DNA from: Candidatus Dormiibacterota bacterium
Lineage (GTDB): Bacteria; Chloroflexota; Dormibacteria; CF-121
NCBI GenBank assembly: GCA_036390825.1
Contig: DASWBA010000186.1
Span: 5,597-69,596, forward strand
Reading direction: 5' to 3'
Length of the DNA: 64,000 bases
The position numbers and the translations under genes are program-made. Positions 25,117 through 34,247 of the stretch are shown in pieces. Below the pieces are notes generated by a model. That model was not told the origin of the DNA and searched no databases. It worked only from the letters and a program-made list of their open reading frames with translations. How positions within the stretch are numbered: position 1 is the stretch's first letter; each line of letters opens with the position of its first letter.

Positions 25117-26210
25117 CCCTGGGCGTTGGCATCGTTGGGCTGCCCAACGTCGGCAAGACCACGCTGTTCAACGCGCTTACCCGCGCGGGGGCTGGGGTTG
25201 CCTCCTATGCCTTCAGCACGGTCGAACCGAATACGGCCATGGTCGAAGTGCCGGACAAAAGGCTCGATGTGCTGGCGAAGATGTACAAGCCCAAGAAGGT
25301 CACGCCCACCGTAATGAAATTCGTCGACGTGGCCGGCCTCGTGGCCGGAGCCAGCCGCGGCGAAGGAATGGGCAACCAGTTTCTTTCGACCATCCGCGAC
25401 CTCGACGCCCTGGCCATGGTGGTCCGATCGTTCCAGGATCCCAACGTTCAACACGTCGATAGCAAGCTCGACCCGCGTCGGGACATGGGGATGGTCAACC
25501 TCGAGCTGGCGCTGGCCGACCTCGACGTGGTCAACAAGCGGCGAGAGAGGATCGGCTCCACCGCGCGCCTCAAACCTGGCGCCAAGGAAAAGGAGGAGCT
25601 CGAGCTCCTCGACCGGTTGGCGGCCCACCTCGACGAGGGCAAACCGATTCGCACCCTGAGCTTCGAGCCGGAGCAGGCGAAATTGCTCAAGAGCTTTTCG
25701 TTTCTCACGGCCAAGCCGGTCCTCTACGTCGCCAACATCGGGGAGGACCAGATTGGCAAGGAGACCCCCGAGCTGCAAGCCCTTCGGGCCGAAGCCGCGG
25801 TCGAGCATGCCGATGTGATCGCCCTCTCGGCGCGGCTGGAAGCCGAGATCCGTGAGCTGCCGGACGACGAGGCCGCGGTCTTCCTCGAAGACGCGGGTCT
25901 CAAAGAGGCGGCCCTCCCGACCTTCATCCACGCCGCCTACCGGTTGCTGAACCTCGTCACCTTCCTGACGGCGGGTGATCCGGAGGTCCGGGCCTGGACC
26001 ATTCGTCAGGGGTCGAAAGCGCCCGAGGCCGCCGGCGTGATTCACAGCGACATCGAGCGTGGCTTCATCAAGGCCGAGATCGTCGCCTACGATGAGCTGG
26101 TCGCCGCGGGATCGTACACGGCGGCCCGCGAACGAGGGAAGGTGCGGCTCGAAGGGCGCGACTATGTCATGAAGGACGGCGATGTCTGCCTCTTCCGCTT
26201 TAACGTCTGA
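25113..26210 (+). CDS. ychF: redox-regulated ATPase YchF
   Basis: GIVGLPNVGKTTLFNALT, FVDVAGLV, C-terminal DGDVCLFRFNV. ATGA overlap with the upstream gene. Confidence 0.9.
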   Translation: MTLGVGIVGLPNVGKTTLFNALTRAGAGVASYAFSTVEPNTAMVEVPDKRLDVLAKMYKPKKVTPTVMKFVDVAGLVAGASRGEGMGNQFLSTIRDLDALAMVVRSFQDPNVQHVDSKLDPRRDMGMVNLELALADLDVVNKRRERIGSTARLKPGAKEKEELELLDRLAAHLDEGKPIRTLSFEPEQAKLLKSFSFLTAKPVLYVANIGEDQIGKETPELQALRAEAAVEHADVIALSARLEAEIRELPDDEAAVFLEDAGLKEAALPTFIHAAYRLLNLVTFLTAGDPEVRAWTIRQGSKAPEAAGVIHSDIERGFIKAEIVAYDELVAAGSYTAARERGKVRLEGRDYVMKDGDVCLFRFNV

Positions 26211-27039
26211 CGCTGGCTGGCGACTGCTCCTCGACCCGCCCCAAACGGGCGCCTGGAACATGGCGGTCGACGAGGTACTACTCGATGGCGTGGCTGCCGG
26301 CAGCGCGCCACCCACGATTCGCTTCTACCAGTGGGCGCCGCCCTGCCTCTCGCTGGGCTACTTTCAAGCCTTCGAGGTGGTAGACGCCGCGGGCTGCCGC
26401 AACCTTGGCGTCGACGTGGTCCGCCGGCCGACCGGCGGCCGGGCGATCCTGCACGATCGCGAGCTGACCTATAGTGTGGCGCTACCGCTGAGGCTGCTGG
26501 GCGACGGCGGCGGTGTCCTGACCTCCTACCACCGCTTCAGCCTGGCGCTGGAGCGTGGGCTCCGCCGGCTTGGGGTACCGGTCCTCTTAGCGCCGGCGAC
26601 CGCGGCGCAATCCGGGCCGGATCATGGTCCCGTTTGCTTCGACCGGCCCTCTGCGCACGAGATCCTGCTTGGCGGGCGGAAGCTGGTCGGCAGCGCCCAG
26701 ATGCGGCGGGCGACGGGGATCCTGCAGCACGGCAGCATCTTGATCGAGCCCCGAATCGACCGCCTGCTCGCGTGTCTGCGACTTCCTGACGTTTCGGTAG
26801 ATGGCATCGAAGGCGGCGTCGCCGGCCTGGCCGAAGTAGGGGACTTCGAGCCCGCCGCGATCGCTGTGGCGCTGGCCGAGGCCTTGGTTGAGGAGTTCGG
26901 AGCCACGCTGGTCCAGAGTCCCCTTCGACCGGACGAACGGCGCGCGGCCGAGGGCGTGGCCGCCTCGAAGTATCAGACCGTCGAGTGGACCGAGCGGCTG
27001 CCCGCAATTTCGGCCAGAAATACAACAAGGACCAGATGA
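26182..27039 (+). CDS. lipoate-protein ligase / octanoyltransferase family (BPL/LPL catalytic domain)
   Basis: TIRFYQW, SLGYFQ, RRPTGGRAILHD, GRKLVGSAQMRR. Confidence 0.8.
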   Translation: MSASSALTSDAGWRLLLDPPQTGAWNMAVDEVLLDGVAAGSAPPTIRFYQWAPPCLSLGYFQAFEVVDAAGCRNLGVDVVRRPTGGRAILHDRELTYSVALPLRLLGDGGGVLTSYHRFSLALERGLRRLGVPVLLAPATAAQSGPDHGPVCFDRPSAHEILLGGRKLVGSAQMRRATGILQHGSILIEPRIDRLLACLRLPDVSVDGIEGGVAGLAEVGDFEPAAIAVALAEALVEEFGATLVQSPLRPDERRAAEGVAASKYQTVEWTERLPAISARNTTRTR

Positions 27040-27213
27040 GGAGGGGCATTGCAGCGGCGATGGCAGGACGGCTGCAGGGATCTGGCCCTTGTTGGCTCGC
27101 GGCTTCGGGTACACCCTATATGTTGTACCCGGGTGAGTTTGTACCACAGCCCATTGGACGTGTCAAGCGCTTTTCCACGTTCGCGGTAAACTCCACTCGG
27201 CTCGAGAATCCCG

Positions 27214-27582
27214 ATGGCGCGAAAGAACAAACGCAACCAGCTCAGAAAGCCCCAGCGCGGATCGTCCGGCGGGGGACGAGCAGCCCGCCCAGCTGGCATT
27301 CAACCTACGGCGCCATCCGCACCGTCGGCGCCTGCCGAGGGCGGACAGGCCGCCTCCGCCGCCCAACCCGCGACCTATGGCACGCCCACCCCTCGGCCAC
27401 TCCCCCGCGCGAGCCGCGGTCGGCAGGCAGCGGGACCGCTGCCCACCCAGGACGCGGCCATCCCTCTCGATCGGGTGCCCTACTTCCGGTCCGACCTCCG
27501 GCGAATCGCGATCACGGCCGGCCTCATGTTCGTTCTCCTGATCGTGGGGTCGATCGTGCTGCGCGGTTTGCTCCAGGCGTGA
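27214..27582 (+). CDS. hypothetical protein: basic N-terminus, Ala/Pro-rich linker, C-terminal TM helix
   Basis: MARKNKRNQLRK... and IAITAGLMFVLLIVGSIVL. No family recognised. Confidence 0.45.
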   Translation: MARKNKRNQLRKPQRGSSGGGRAARPAGIQPTAPSAPSAPAEGGQAASAAQPATYGTPTPRPLPRASRGRQAAGPLPTQDAAIPLDRVPYFRSDLRRIAITAGLMFVLLIVGSIVLRGLLQA

Positions 27583-27659
27583 TCTTTTCGAGGTCAGCAA
27601 GAAAGCCGATCGCGTAACCGTTCTGGCACAAAGGTTCAACAACTTGCCAGGAGGTTTGT

Positions 27660-28070
27660 GTGTTCGATAAGAGATCCCCGCGAGAAGCTGCTCCGATCGT
27701 CGCCGAGACGGTGCTCAGCAACCAGATCAAGCTCGAAGGCCGGCTGCAGTCAACGTCCAACATCCGGTTCGATGGCGAAATGAACGGTGACCTGACGACA
27801 GAAGGTGACCTGTCGGTAGGCGAGGGCGGCCGCGTCAAAGGCAACGTCAGTGGCCGCAACGTGGTCGTCGGTGGCAGCATCCAGGGCAACGTGAACACCA
27901 CGGGCCGCCTCGAGATCCTGGCCACCGGTAAAGTCTTTGGCGACATCGTCGTCGGCTCCCTGATCATCGACGAGGGCGGCATCCTCCGCGGCAAGAGCGC
28001 GGTCCACTCGGAAGAGTCGGCGGCCTCCACCGTCTCCGTCGGCATGCGTGCCGAGCCCGCCGCCGCGTAA
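27660..28070 (+). CDS. bactofilin (polymer-forming cytoskeletal protein)
   Basis: Repetitive beta-helix pattern (GDLTTEGDLSVGEGGRVKGNVSGRNVVVGGSIQGNVNTTGRLEILATGKVFGDIV). GTG start after AGGAGG. Confidence 0.85.
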   Translation: MFDKRSPREAAPIVAETVLSNQIKLEGRLQSTSNIRFDGEMNGDLTTEGDLSVGEGGRVKGNVSGRNVVVGGSIQGNVNTTGRLEILATGKVFGDIVVGSLIIDEGGILRGKSAVHSEESAASTVSVGMRAEPAAA

Positions 28071-28095
28071 CCCACCGGGGTTTTATTCGTTCGAA

Positions 28096-28127
28096 GGCTC
28101 CGAGCGATCGGGGCCTTTGTTCTTTTT
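28096..28127 (+). terminator. putative intrinsic terminator after the bactofilin gene
   Basis: Stem ggctccga/tcggggcc (8 bp including one G-U pair) with a GCGA tetraloop, followed by tttgttcttttt. Confidence 0.5.
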
Positions 28128-28145
28128 GCCGATACTTACGGGATC

Positions 28146-28802
28146 GTGTTCAGCGACCCGGTCACCTTCGTCGTCAACGCCCTGTATCTCATTCCAGCGC
28201 TGCTTGTAGGGCTGATCGGACATGAGTCCGCCCACGCCGCGGTTGCTGTAGCCCGTGGCGATCAGACGCCCAGACTCGACGGACGGCTCTCGCTTAATCC
28301 CAGCCATCACCTCGATCCGCTCGGGACCATCGCGATTCTCTTCATCGGCTTCGGATGGGCGAAACCGGTCCGAATCAATCCCTTTCGCATGCGAGGCCGA
28401 TACGACGCCGCGCTTGTGGCGCTGGCTGGGCCCGTGGCCAACCTCTTGATCGCGTTCGTGCTGGCCATCCCAATCAAACTCGGACTTCTCTCGGGGAGCT
28501 TCGACCCCGCGTCGCCTCCCTGGCGGTTGCTCCAGGTGGCTTTTGTCCTCAATGTCGTACTGGCCGTCTTCAACATTCTTCCCATCCCGCCGCTGGATGG
28601 TTTCAGCTTCCTGTCGTCCCTTTTCCGGCGGAAGTTTCCGGCCCCCTTCATATGGATCGACCGCAACTCGCAGGTCATTCTGGTGGTCTTCGTGCTCATC
28701 CTGTTTCTCGGACCGCGTGTGGGATTCAGGCCCCTGCCATTCATCTACACCCCCGTCATCCGGTTCATTCTTGCCTTGCCGCCGTTCCCAGTCGTGGGCT
28801 GA
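28146..28802 (+). CDS. site-2 protease family (M50) membrane metalloprotease
   Basis: GHESAHA (HExxH) in the first TM region. A second conserved block NILPIPPLDG. Multiple TM helices. Confidence 0.8.
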   Translation: MFSDPVTFVVNALYLIPALLVGLIGHESAHAAVAVARGDQTPRLDGRLSLNPSHHLDPLGTIAILFIGFGWAKPVRINPFRMRGRYDAALVALAGPVANLLIAFVLAIPIKLGLLSGSFDPASPPWRLLQVAFVLNVVLAVFNILPIPPLDGFSFLSSLFRRKFPAPFIWIDRNSQVILVVFVLILFLGPRVGFRPLPFIYTPVIRFILALPPFPVVG

Positions 28803-28804
28803 AG

Positions 28805-30157
28805 ATGGCGATTCTACGAGGCCTGCCGAGCGTGCATCAGGTCCTCGCGCAAGCGGAGGCGCAGGCCCTGGTCGCGGTCCATGGCCGGGCGCTGGTTTTG
28901 TTCGCGGTGCAACGGGCCCTCGACGAGGAGCGCACGAGCGGTGCGATCGCCCACCCGTCCGCTCGCATGGCGAGAATCGAGGCGCTGGCTGGCGAGTTAC
29001 GTCGCCCGCGCCTTCGCCCGGTGATCAACGCCACCGGGGTGGTGCTTCATACCAACCTGGGGCGAGCCCCAATGGCGGCCGCGGCAGCCCAGGCCGCCGC
29101 CGGCATCGCGGGTCGTTACTCCACGCTGGAGTTCGATCCCCGAACCGGCCGGCGCGGTCGGCGCCACGACCTGGTCGCCGACGCCTTGCGTCACCTGACC
29201 GGGGCCGAATCGGCTGCGGTTGTCAACAACTGCGCTGCGGCGGTGCTTCTCATGTTGACGGCCCTGGCCAAGGGCAAGGAGGTCATCGTCGGGCGAGGCG
29301 AGTTGGTGGAGATCGGTGGGGGTTTCAGGATGCCGGACGTCATGCGGCTCTCCGGAGCCCGCCTGGTCGAGGTGGGGACGACCAACCGCACCCGGGCTGA
29401 AGATTACGCTGCCGCGATCACGCCAAAGACGGTCGCCATCTTGAAGGTGCACGCGAGCAACTTCCAGGTGGTCGGCTTCACGGAGAGCGTCGAGATCGAG
29501 GCGCTGGTCCGCGTCGCCCGCCAGCACCGCGTGCTCCTGCTGCATGACCTGGGCAGCGGGTCGCTCCTCGACACGTCGGCCTACGGACTGGCGGCGGAGC
29601 CGCGGATCCAGGACAGCCTGCGGGCAGGTACAGACCTGCTGGCCTGCAGTGGAGACAAGTTGCTGGGGGGTCCGCAGGCCGGTTTACTTCTCGGCCGCGC
29701 CGAGGTGGTCGATCGCGTGATGAAGCATCCGCTCGCCCGCGCGGTGCGCGTCGACAAGCTTTCGCTCGCTGCGCTGACCGCGACCCTCGACCTTTACCTG
29801 ACCCAGTCGATCACCGAGCTTCCGATCTGGCACATGCTCGGCGGATCTGCCGAGGCGATTGCGGCGCGGGCCACGAGCTGGCAGCGCTCGCTCATGGAGC
29901 GTGGCATCACCGTCGAGGTCGTCCCGGCGGAGTCGACGGTGGGCGGTGGTTCGCTGCCCGGGGAACGGCTGCCCACGACCGCGCTGGCGATCACGCCCCA
30001 CGCCGGCGGCGCCGCCAAGCTGCTCCAGCGCTTGCGCGAGCACGAGCCGCCCATCATCGGTCGGATCGAACAGGAGCGCGTGCTGCTCGACCCGCGAACC
30101 GTGCTGCCCGATGAAGATGATGCCCTCCTCGACGCGGTGGTTGGCGCCTTCGCATGA
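28805..30157 (+). CDS. selA: L-seryl-tRNA(Sec) selenium transferase
   Basis: VINATGVVLHTNLGRAP and SGDKLLGGPQAG (PLP lysine). ATG at 28805 follows the M50 stop codon directly. The listed 28355 extension overlaps the M50 gene. Confidence 0.9.
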   Translation: MAILRGLPSVHQVLAQAEAQALVAVHGRALVLFAVQRALDEERTSGAIAHPSARMARIEALAGELRRPRLRPVINATGVVLHTNLGRAPMAAAAAQAAAGIAGRYSTLEFDPRTGRRGRRHDLVADALRHLTGAESAAVVNNCAAAVLLMLTALAKGKEVIVGRGELVEIGGGFRMPDVMRLSGARLVEVGTTNRTRAEDYAAAITPKTVAILKVHASNFQVVGFTESVEIEALVRVARQHRVLLLHDLGSGSLLDTSAYGLAAEPRIQDSLRAGTDLLACSGDKLLGGPQAGLLLGRAEVVDRVMKHPLARAVRVDKLSLAALTATLDLYLTQSITELPIWHMLGGSAEAIAARATSWQRSLMERGITVEVVPAESTVGGGSLPGERLPTTALAITPHAGGAAKLLQRLREHEPPIIGRIEQERVLLDPRTVLPDEDDALLDAVVGAFA

Positions 30158-32046
30158 CGGCAGTTGCTGGCGCATCCTTCGTGGTGGGGACCGCCGGCCA
30201 CATCGATCACGGCAAGTCGGCGCTGGTCAAGGCGTTGACGGAAATCGACCCGGACCGGCTGGCGGAAGAGAAGCGGCGTGGCATGACAATCGACCTCGGC
30301 TTCGCCTACCTGACCCTGCCCAGCGGCCGGCGCGTGGGCATCATCGACGTCCCCGGTCATCAGCGCTTTCTCAAGAACATGCTGGCGGGCGTGCACGGGA
30401 TGGATGCGGTGCTGCTCGTGATCGCGGCGGACGAGGGTCCGCGGCTGCAGACACGCGAGCACCTCGCCATCATCGATCTGTTGGGAATCGAGCACGGTCT
30501 CATCGTCCTCACCAAGGTGGACCTGGTGGACGCTGGCTGGCTGGCGCTGGTTCGCGAGGAGGTTTCCGGCCTGCTGGCGGGAACATCCCTCCAGCACGCG
30601 CCGATCGTCGCCGTCTCGAGCGTGACGGGAGAGGGACTGGGCGAACTGCGGGCGACGCTCGACGGCGAGCTCGCCAACACGCATGCGCGACCGGACCTCG
30701 GCCGCCCTCGCCTGCCGATCGATCGTTCCTTCGCCATCTCGGGCTTCGGCACGGTCGTCACCGGAACCCTGGTGGGCGGGGCGCTCCGCCAGGGCATCGA
30801 GGTCTCGGTGCTGCCTGGCGGGCGCCGGGTGCGGATCCGCGGTCTTCAGCAGCACAACCAGCCGGTCGAAGAAGCGCACCCGGGGAGCCGCACCGCGGTC
30901 AACCTCAGCGGAATCGACCATTCGGAGCTCCATCGTGGTGATGTCCTGGCGTTGCCGGGGACGCTGTCGCCCAGCCGCCGCCTCGATGCGCGCCTGCACG
31001 TCCTGCCGGAAGCCGCCCAACCGCTGCATCATCGTCAGCGGCTGCTGATGTATCACGAGACCGCCGAGATCATGGTGGAGATCAGCCTGCTCGAACGCGA
31101 CGAGCTCACCCCTGGAGAAACCGGATGGGCGCAATTGTTCGCGGCCGGACCGCTGGTCGCCGTCGACGGTGATCGCTTCATCCTGCGCGTCCCCTCTCCG
31201 GCGGCGACCGTCGCCGGCGGCGTCATCGTCGACCGCGCGCCGCGCCGTCATCGGCGCCGCGATCCCGCGCTGATCAGCAATCTCGCCGCTCGCGAGCGTG
31301 CCGACCCCGCGACCGCGGCGGTCCTCGAGCTGGGCAAGCACCCCTGGGGTCTGCGGGACAGCGAGCTGGCCCGCTTTCTAGGCGTTCCCAGCAAACAGTT
31401 GGTCGAGGTTCTCGCGCCCCTCACCGAGGGTGGCGACGTGCGCCGCATGCCATCGGGCTGGCTGGCCCGGGATCAATGGGACGGCCTGCAGTCGCGGGTG
31501 ACCACGTCTCTCGAGGCCTACCACCAGGCGCAACCGCTGCGGCGCGGTATGCCCAAAGAGGAGCTCCGCAGCCGGACCAGCATTCCGGCCGACGTGTTCG
31601 CCGAGGTGATCGGCCTGCTGGCAGATGAGGGTCGCATCGTCGAACGAGGGGGCGAGATCGCGGTGGCAACCCACAAGCAGTTGCTCAGCCAGCAGCAGGA
31701 AACCGTGATCGGCGAGTTTCTCGCCGAGCTCGAGTCGCAGCCGTTCAACCCTCCGCCGCTGCCGGACCTCCTGCGCCGGCACCCGCTGACGCCGGCAGTC
31801 CTTCAATACCTGGTCGCGGACGGGCGCATCGTGCGCGTCAACGAGGACACCGTGTTTGCCCGATCTGCATATGACGAAGCGGTCAGGCAGTTGCGCGTCC
31901 ATCTGACCGAGCATCGGACGCTGACCGTGGCGGCCGCCCGCGACCTGCTGGGATCGAGCCGCCGCTACGTTCTTCCCTTGCTCGAGTGGATGGATGGGCA
32001 GAAGATCACGCGCCGGGTCGGGGACGACCGTATCCTGAGGAGTTGA
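30154..32046 (+). CDS. selB: selenocysteine-specific translation elongation factor
   Basis: GHIDHGKS, DVPGHQRF, LTKVD. Long winged-helix C-terminus. ATGA overlap with selA. Confidence 0.9.
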   Translation: MTAVAGASFVVGTAGHIDHGKSALVKALTEIDPDRLAEEKRRGMTIDLGFAYLTLPSGRRVGIIDVPGHQRFLKNMLAGVHGMDAVLLVIAADEGPRLQTREHLAIIDLLGIEHGLIVLTKVDLVDAGWLALVREEVSGLLAGTSLQHAPIVAVSSVTGEGLGELRATLDGELANTHARPDLGRPRLPIDRSFAISGFGTVVTGTLVGGALRQGIEVSVLPGGRRVRIRGLQQHNQPVEEAHPGSRTAVNLSGIDHSELHRGDVLALPGTLSPSRRLDARLHVLPEAAQPLHHRQRLLMYHETAEIMVEISLLERDELTPGETGWAQLFAAGPLVAVDGDRFILRVPSPAATVAGGVIVDRAPRRHRRRDPALISNLAARERADPATAAVLELGKHPWGLRDSELARFLGVPSKQLVEVLAPLTEGGDVRRMPSGWLARDQWDGLQSRVTTSLEAYHQAQPLRRGMPKEELRSRTSIPADVFAEVIGLLADEGRIVERGGEIAVATHKQLLSQQQETVIGEFLAELESQPFNPPPLPDLLRRHPLTPAVLQYLVADGRIVRVNEDTVFARSAYDEAVRQLRVHLTEHRTLTVAAARDLLGSSRRYVLPLLEWMDGQKITRRVGDDRILRS

Positions 32047-32738
32047 TGCGCGCGGCGTCGTCGTCCCGTGCCGTGGCTGCGGGTCTGGTCATCATCATGG
32101 TGCTGACCGCCTGCGGGCCGCAGCCTCCAGACGGTGCGACCTTGCTCAAGCAGTCGAGCCAGCGCATGCTCGACCTCAAGGGCTTCCATTTTCAGATGCA
32201 GATCAGTGGCTTTACCGGTCCGGCCGAGCCGGTGCAGAGTGCCCGGGGTGATGCGCACCCGCCGGACCTGCACGCGATCGTGAATCTCAAGGAGGGCGGG
32301 ATTCTGCTGGAGGTCGAGGTGATCTTCAGCGCCGACAAGATCTATCTGAAGTCCTTCACCGGCGGCTGGCAGCAGCTGACGGCCGCGCAGGTTGCCGAGT
32401 TCTTCGATGCGCGGCTGCTCTTCGATCCACAGGCCGGCCTGTTCGCCGCGATGCTTGACACCTCAGCGCCCCACCGCGGAAACAGCGAGAAGGTAAACGG
32501 GCATGACGCCTATCCGGTCGACGGCGTCCTGCAGGGCTCACGGGTCCATCAATTGCTTCCACTGATCCGCGAGCAGGGTACGTACCAGGCAACGTACTGG
32601 ATCGAGAGTTCGAGCCACAACCTCTGGCGTGCACGCGTCAGCGGTAACCTCTTCGATGCGTCACAGGCGGCGACGATCGTTTTCGACTTCTCCAATCATG
32701 ATCACCCCGTTTCGGTCAGCCCGCCTCCGCTCGGTTAA
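32046..32738 (+). CDS. LppX/LprAFG-family lipoprotein (LprG-like)
   Basis: Lipobox LTAC. The LLKQSSQRMLDLKGFHFQMQISG...GDA...KIYLKS...W...FDPQAGL...VNGHDAY...ATYWIE layout parallels mycobacterial LprG. TGATG overlap with selB. Confidence 0.65.
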   Translation: MRAASSSRAVAAGLVIIMVLTACGPQPPDGATLLKQSSQRMLDLKGFHFQMQISGFTGPAEPVQSARGDAHPPDLHAIVNLKEGGILLEVEVIFSADKIYLKSFTGGWQQLTAAQVAEFFDARLLFDPQAGLFAAMLDTSAPHRGNSEKVNGHDAYPVDGVLQGSRVHQLLPLIREQGTYQATYWIESSSHNLWRARVSGNLFDASQAATIVFDFSNHDHPVSVSPPPLG

Positions 32739-34221
32739 CCGCCCGGCGCTGCTCTCGCTCACAGGCGCCGGGCTGTTCCTGGCCTCGCTCGACGCCTACG
32801 TCGTCGTCACCGCCCTGCTGCCGATGCTGACCTCGGTTCACATCGCGGTCAACCGGCCCGAGCAGGCGACGCCGATCATCACCGGCTTTCTCCTCGGCTA
32901 CCTCGCCGTGATGCCGATTGCGGGTGGGCTCAGTGATCGGTACGGGCGGATCCGGGTGTTCGCCGCCTGCCTTACCCTCTTCGCCTTCGGCTCATTCTTG
33001 ACGGCAACCGCGCCGTCGCTCTCGCAGCTCGTCACCGGCCGGCTGCTGCAGGGCGCCGGTGGCGGCGCGCTGGTCCCGGCGGTGCTGGCGCTGGCCGCCG
33101 ACCTGTACCCGGCCGGCGACCGCAGCCCGGTGCTGGGTGCGGTCAGCGCCCTGCAGGAGGTTGGCAGCGTTCTGGGGCCGCTCTGGGGCGGCCTGGTCAC
33201 GGCATCATCCTTCGGCTGGACGTGGATCTTCTGGCTCAACATCCCGGTTGCCGCCCTGATCATTTGGGCGCTCTGGCCTGAAATTCGCTCGCGCCGCGAG
33301 GAGCGCCGTCCCACGCATCTCGATTGGGTCGGGGCGTTGTTGGCCACCGCCGGACTGGCGCTCATGACGCTGGCGCTGTACGCGGCCAATCCCGAGCAGA
33401 GCCCGGTGGGTACGGGCTTCCTCTGGCAGGCGCCGCTGGCCGTGCTGTGCTTCGCGGCCTTCGTCTGGTACGAGCGGCGCGCGCCGCAACCCTTGATCAA
33501 CGTCCGCCGCTTCCGCGAATCGTCATTCAGCGGGTCGGCGCTCACGAACGCGATTGCTGGCGCCGGTCTGATGGTCGCCCTGGTCTATATCCCGGTGCTC
33601 GCCAACGCGGTCTTCTCGATGAATGCCAGCGGGTCGGCGCTGCTACTGCTGCGATTGATGCTCGGCATTCCCATCGGCGCGCTCCTGGGCGGCTGGCTCG
33701 CCCACCGCCTGCGGAGTTATCGATTCGTCGCCGCGCTCGGTCTGGTGCTGGCGGCCGCTGGATTTTTCATGCTGTCGGGTTGGACCGAGGGCTCGCTCAA
33801 GCCGCAGCTCATCGGGCCCTTCACCCTGGCGGACGGCGAACTGTTTCTCACCGGGCTGGGCCTCGGCATCGAGATCGCTCCGGTGAGCGCGGCGCTGCTG
33901 GACGCGGTGGGAGAGGCGGAGCGAGGCGCGGGCGCATCCTTCCTGATCGTCATGCGACTGGTGGGGATGCTGGTCGGCTTCTCGCTGGTCGCGGGATTTG
34001 GGCTCTGGGAATTCCATCGTGCCACCGCCCATCTCCTGCCGCCATTGCCCGGTCTGAATCCAAACTTCGCGGCACAGTTCGCCTTCTACACGCTGAAGGT
34101 CAAACAGGCGATTTTCGACGAATACCACCTGATCTTCCGCGCCACCGCGATTGCGCTGCTGGTCGGCGCCGCGGTGGCCGCAGCGACCCTGCGCCCGCTG
34201 GCTCGACCTCGCTGGCAATAG
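32698..34221 (+). CDS. MFS transporter, 14-TM drug:H+ antiporter type
   Basis: Motif A GGLSDRYGRIRV. About 14 hydrophobic helices. 41-nt overlap with the LprG-like gene. Confidence 0.85.
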   Translation: MITPFRSARLRSVNRPALLSLTGAGLFLASLDAYVVVTALLPMLTSVHIAVNRPEQATPIITGFLLGYLAVMPIAGGLSDRYGRIRVFAACLTLFAFGSFLTATAPSLSQLVTGRLLQGAGGGALVPAVLALAADLYPAGDRSPVLGAVSALQEVGSVLGPLWGGLVTASSFGWTWIFWLNIPVAALIIWALWPEIRSRREERRPTHLDWVGALLATAGLALMTLALYAANPEQSPVGTGFLWQAPLAVLCFAAFVWYERRAPQPLINVRRFRESSFSGSALTNAIAGAGLMVALVYIPVLANAVFSMNASGSALLLLRLMLGIPIGALLGGWLAHRLRSYRFVAALGLVLAAAGFFMLSGWTEGSLKPQLIGPFTLADGELFLTGLGLGIEIAPVSAALLDAVGEAERGAGASFLIVMRLVGMLVGFSLVAGFGLWEFHRATAHLLPPLPGLNPNFAAQFAFYTLKVKQAIFDEYHLIFRATAIALLVGAAVAAATLRPLARPRWQ

Positions 34222-34247
34222 CGGGTCTATCCTGAGCCGCGATAGCC

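Noticed and set aside
24960-26315. 451-aa minus-strand ORF
   Set aside because: Antisense shadow of ychF.
28083-28310. 75-aa minus-strand ORF between the bactofilin and M50 genes
   Set aside because: It overlaps the predicted terminator hairpin and the M50 5' end. No motifs; likely spurious.
28355-28804. 150-codon N-terminal extension of the selA ORF in the track
   Set aside because: It overlaps the M50 protease gene in another frame and is Arg/Pro-rich. The SelA-like sequence begins at MAILRGLPSVHQVL (ATG 28805), right after the M50 stop codon.
29794-31341. 515-aa minus-strand ORF
   Set aside because: Antisense shadow of the selA 3' end and selB.
28805-34221. Possible selenoprotein gene (in-frame TGA plus SECIS) near selAB
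   Set aside because: No pair of same-frame ORFs separated by a single TGA, and no candidate family (fdhA, selD, grdA/B and so on), was seen in this window. A dedicated predictor on the whole genome is needed.
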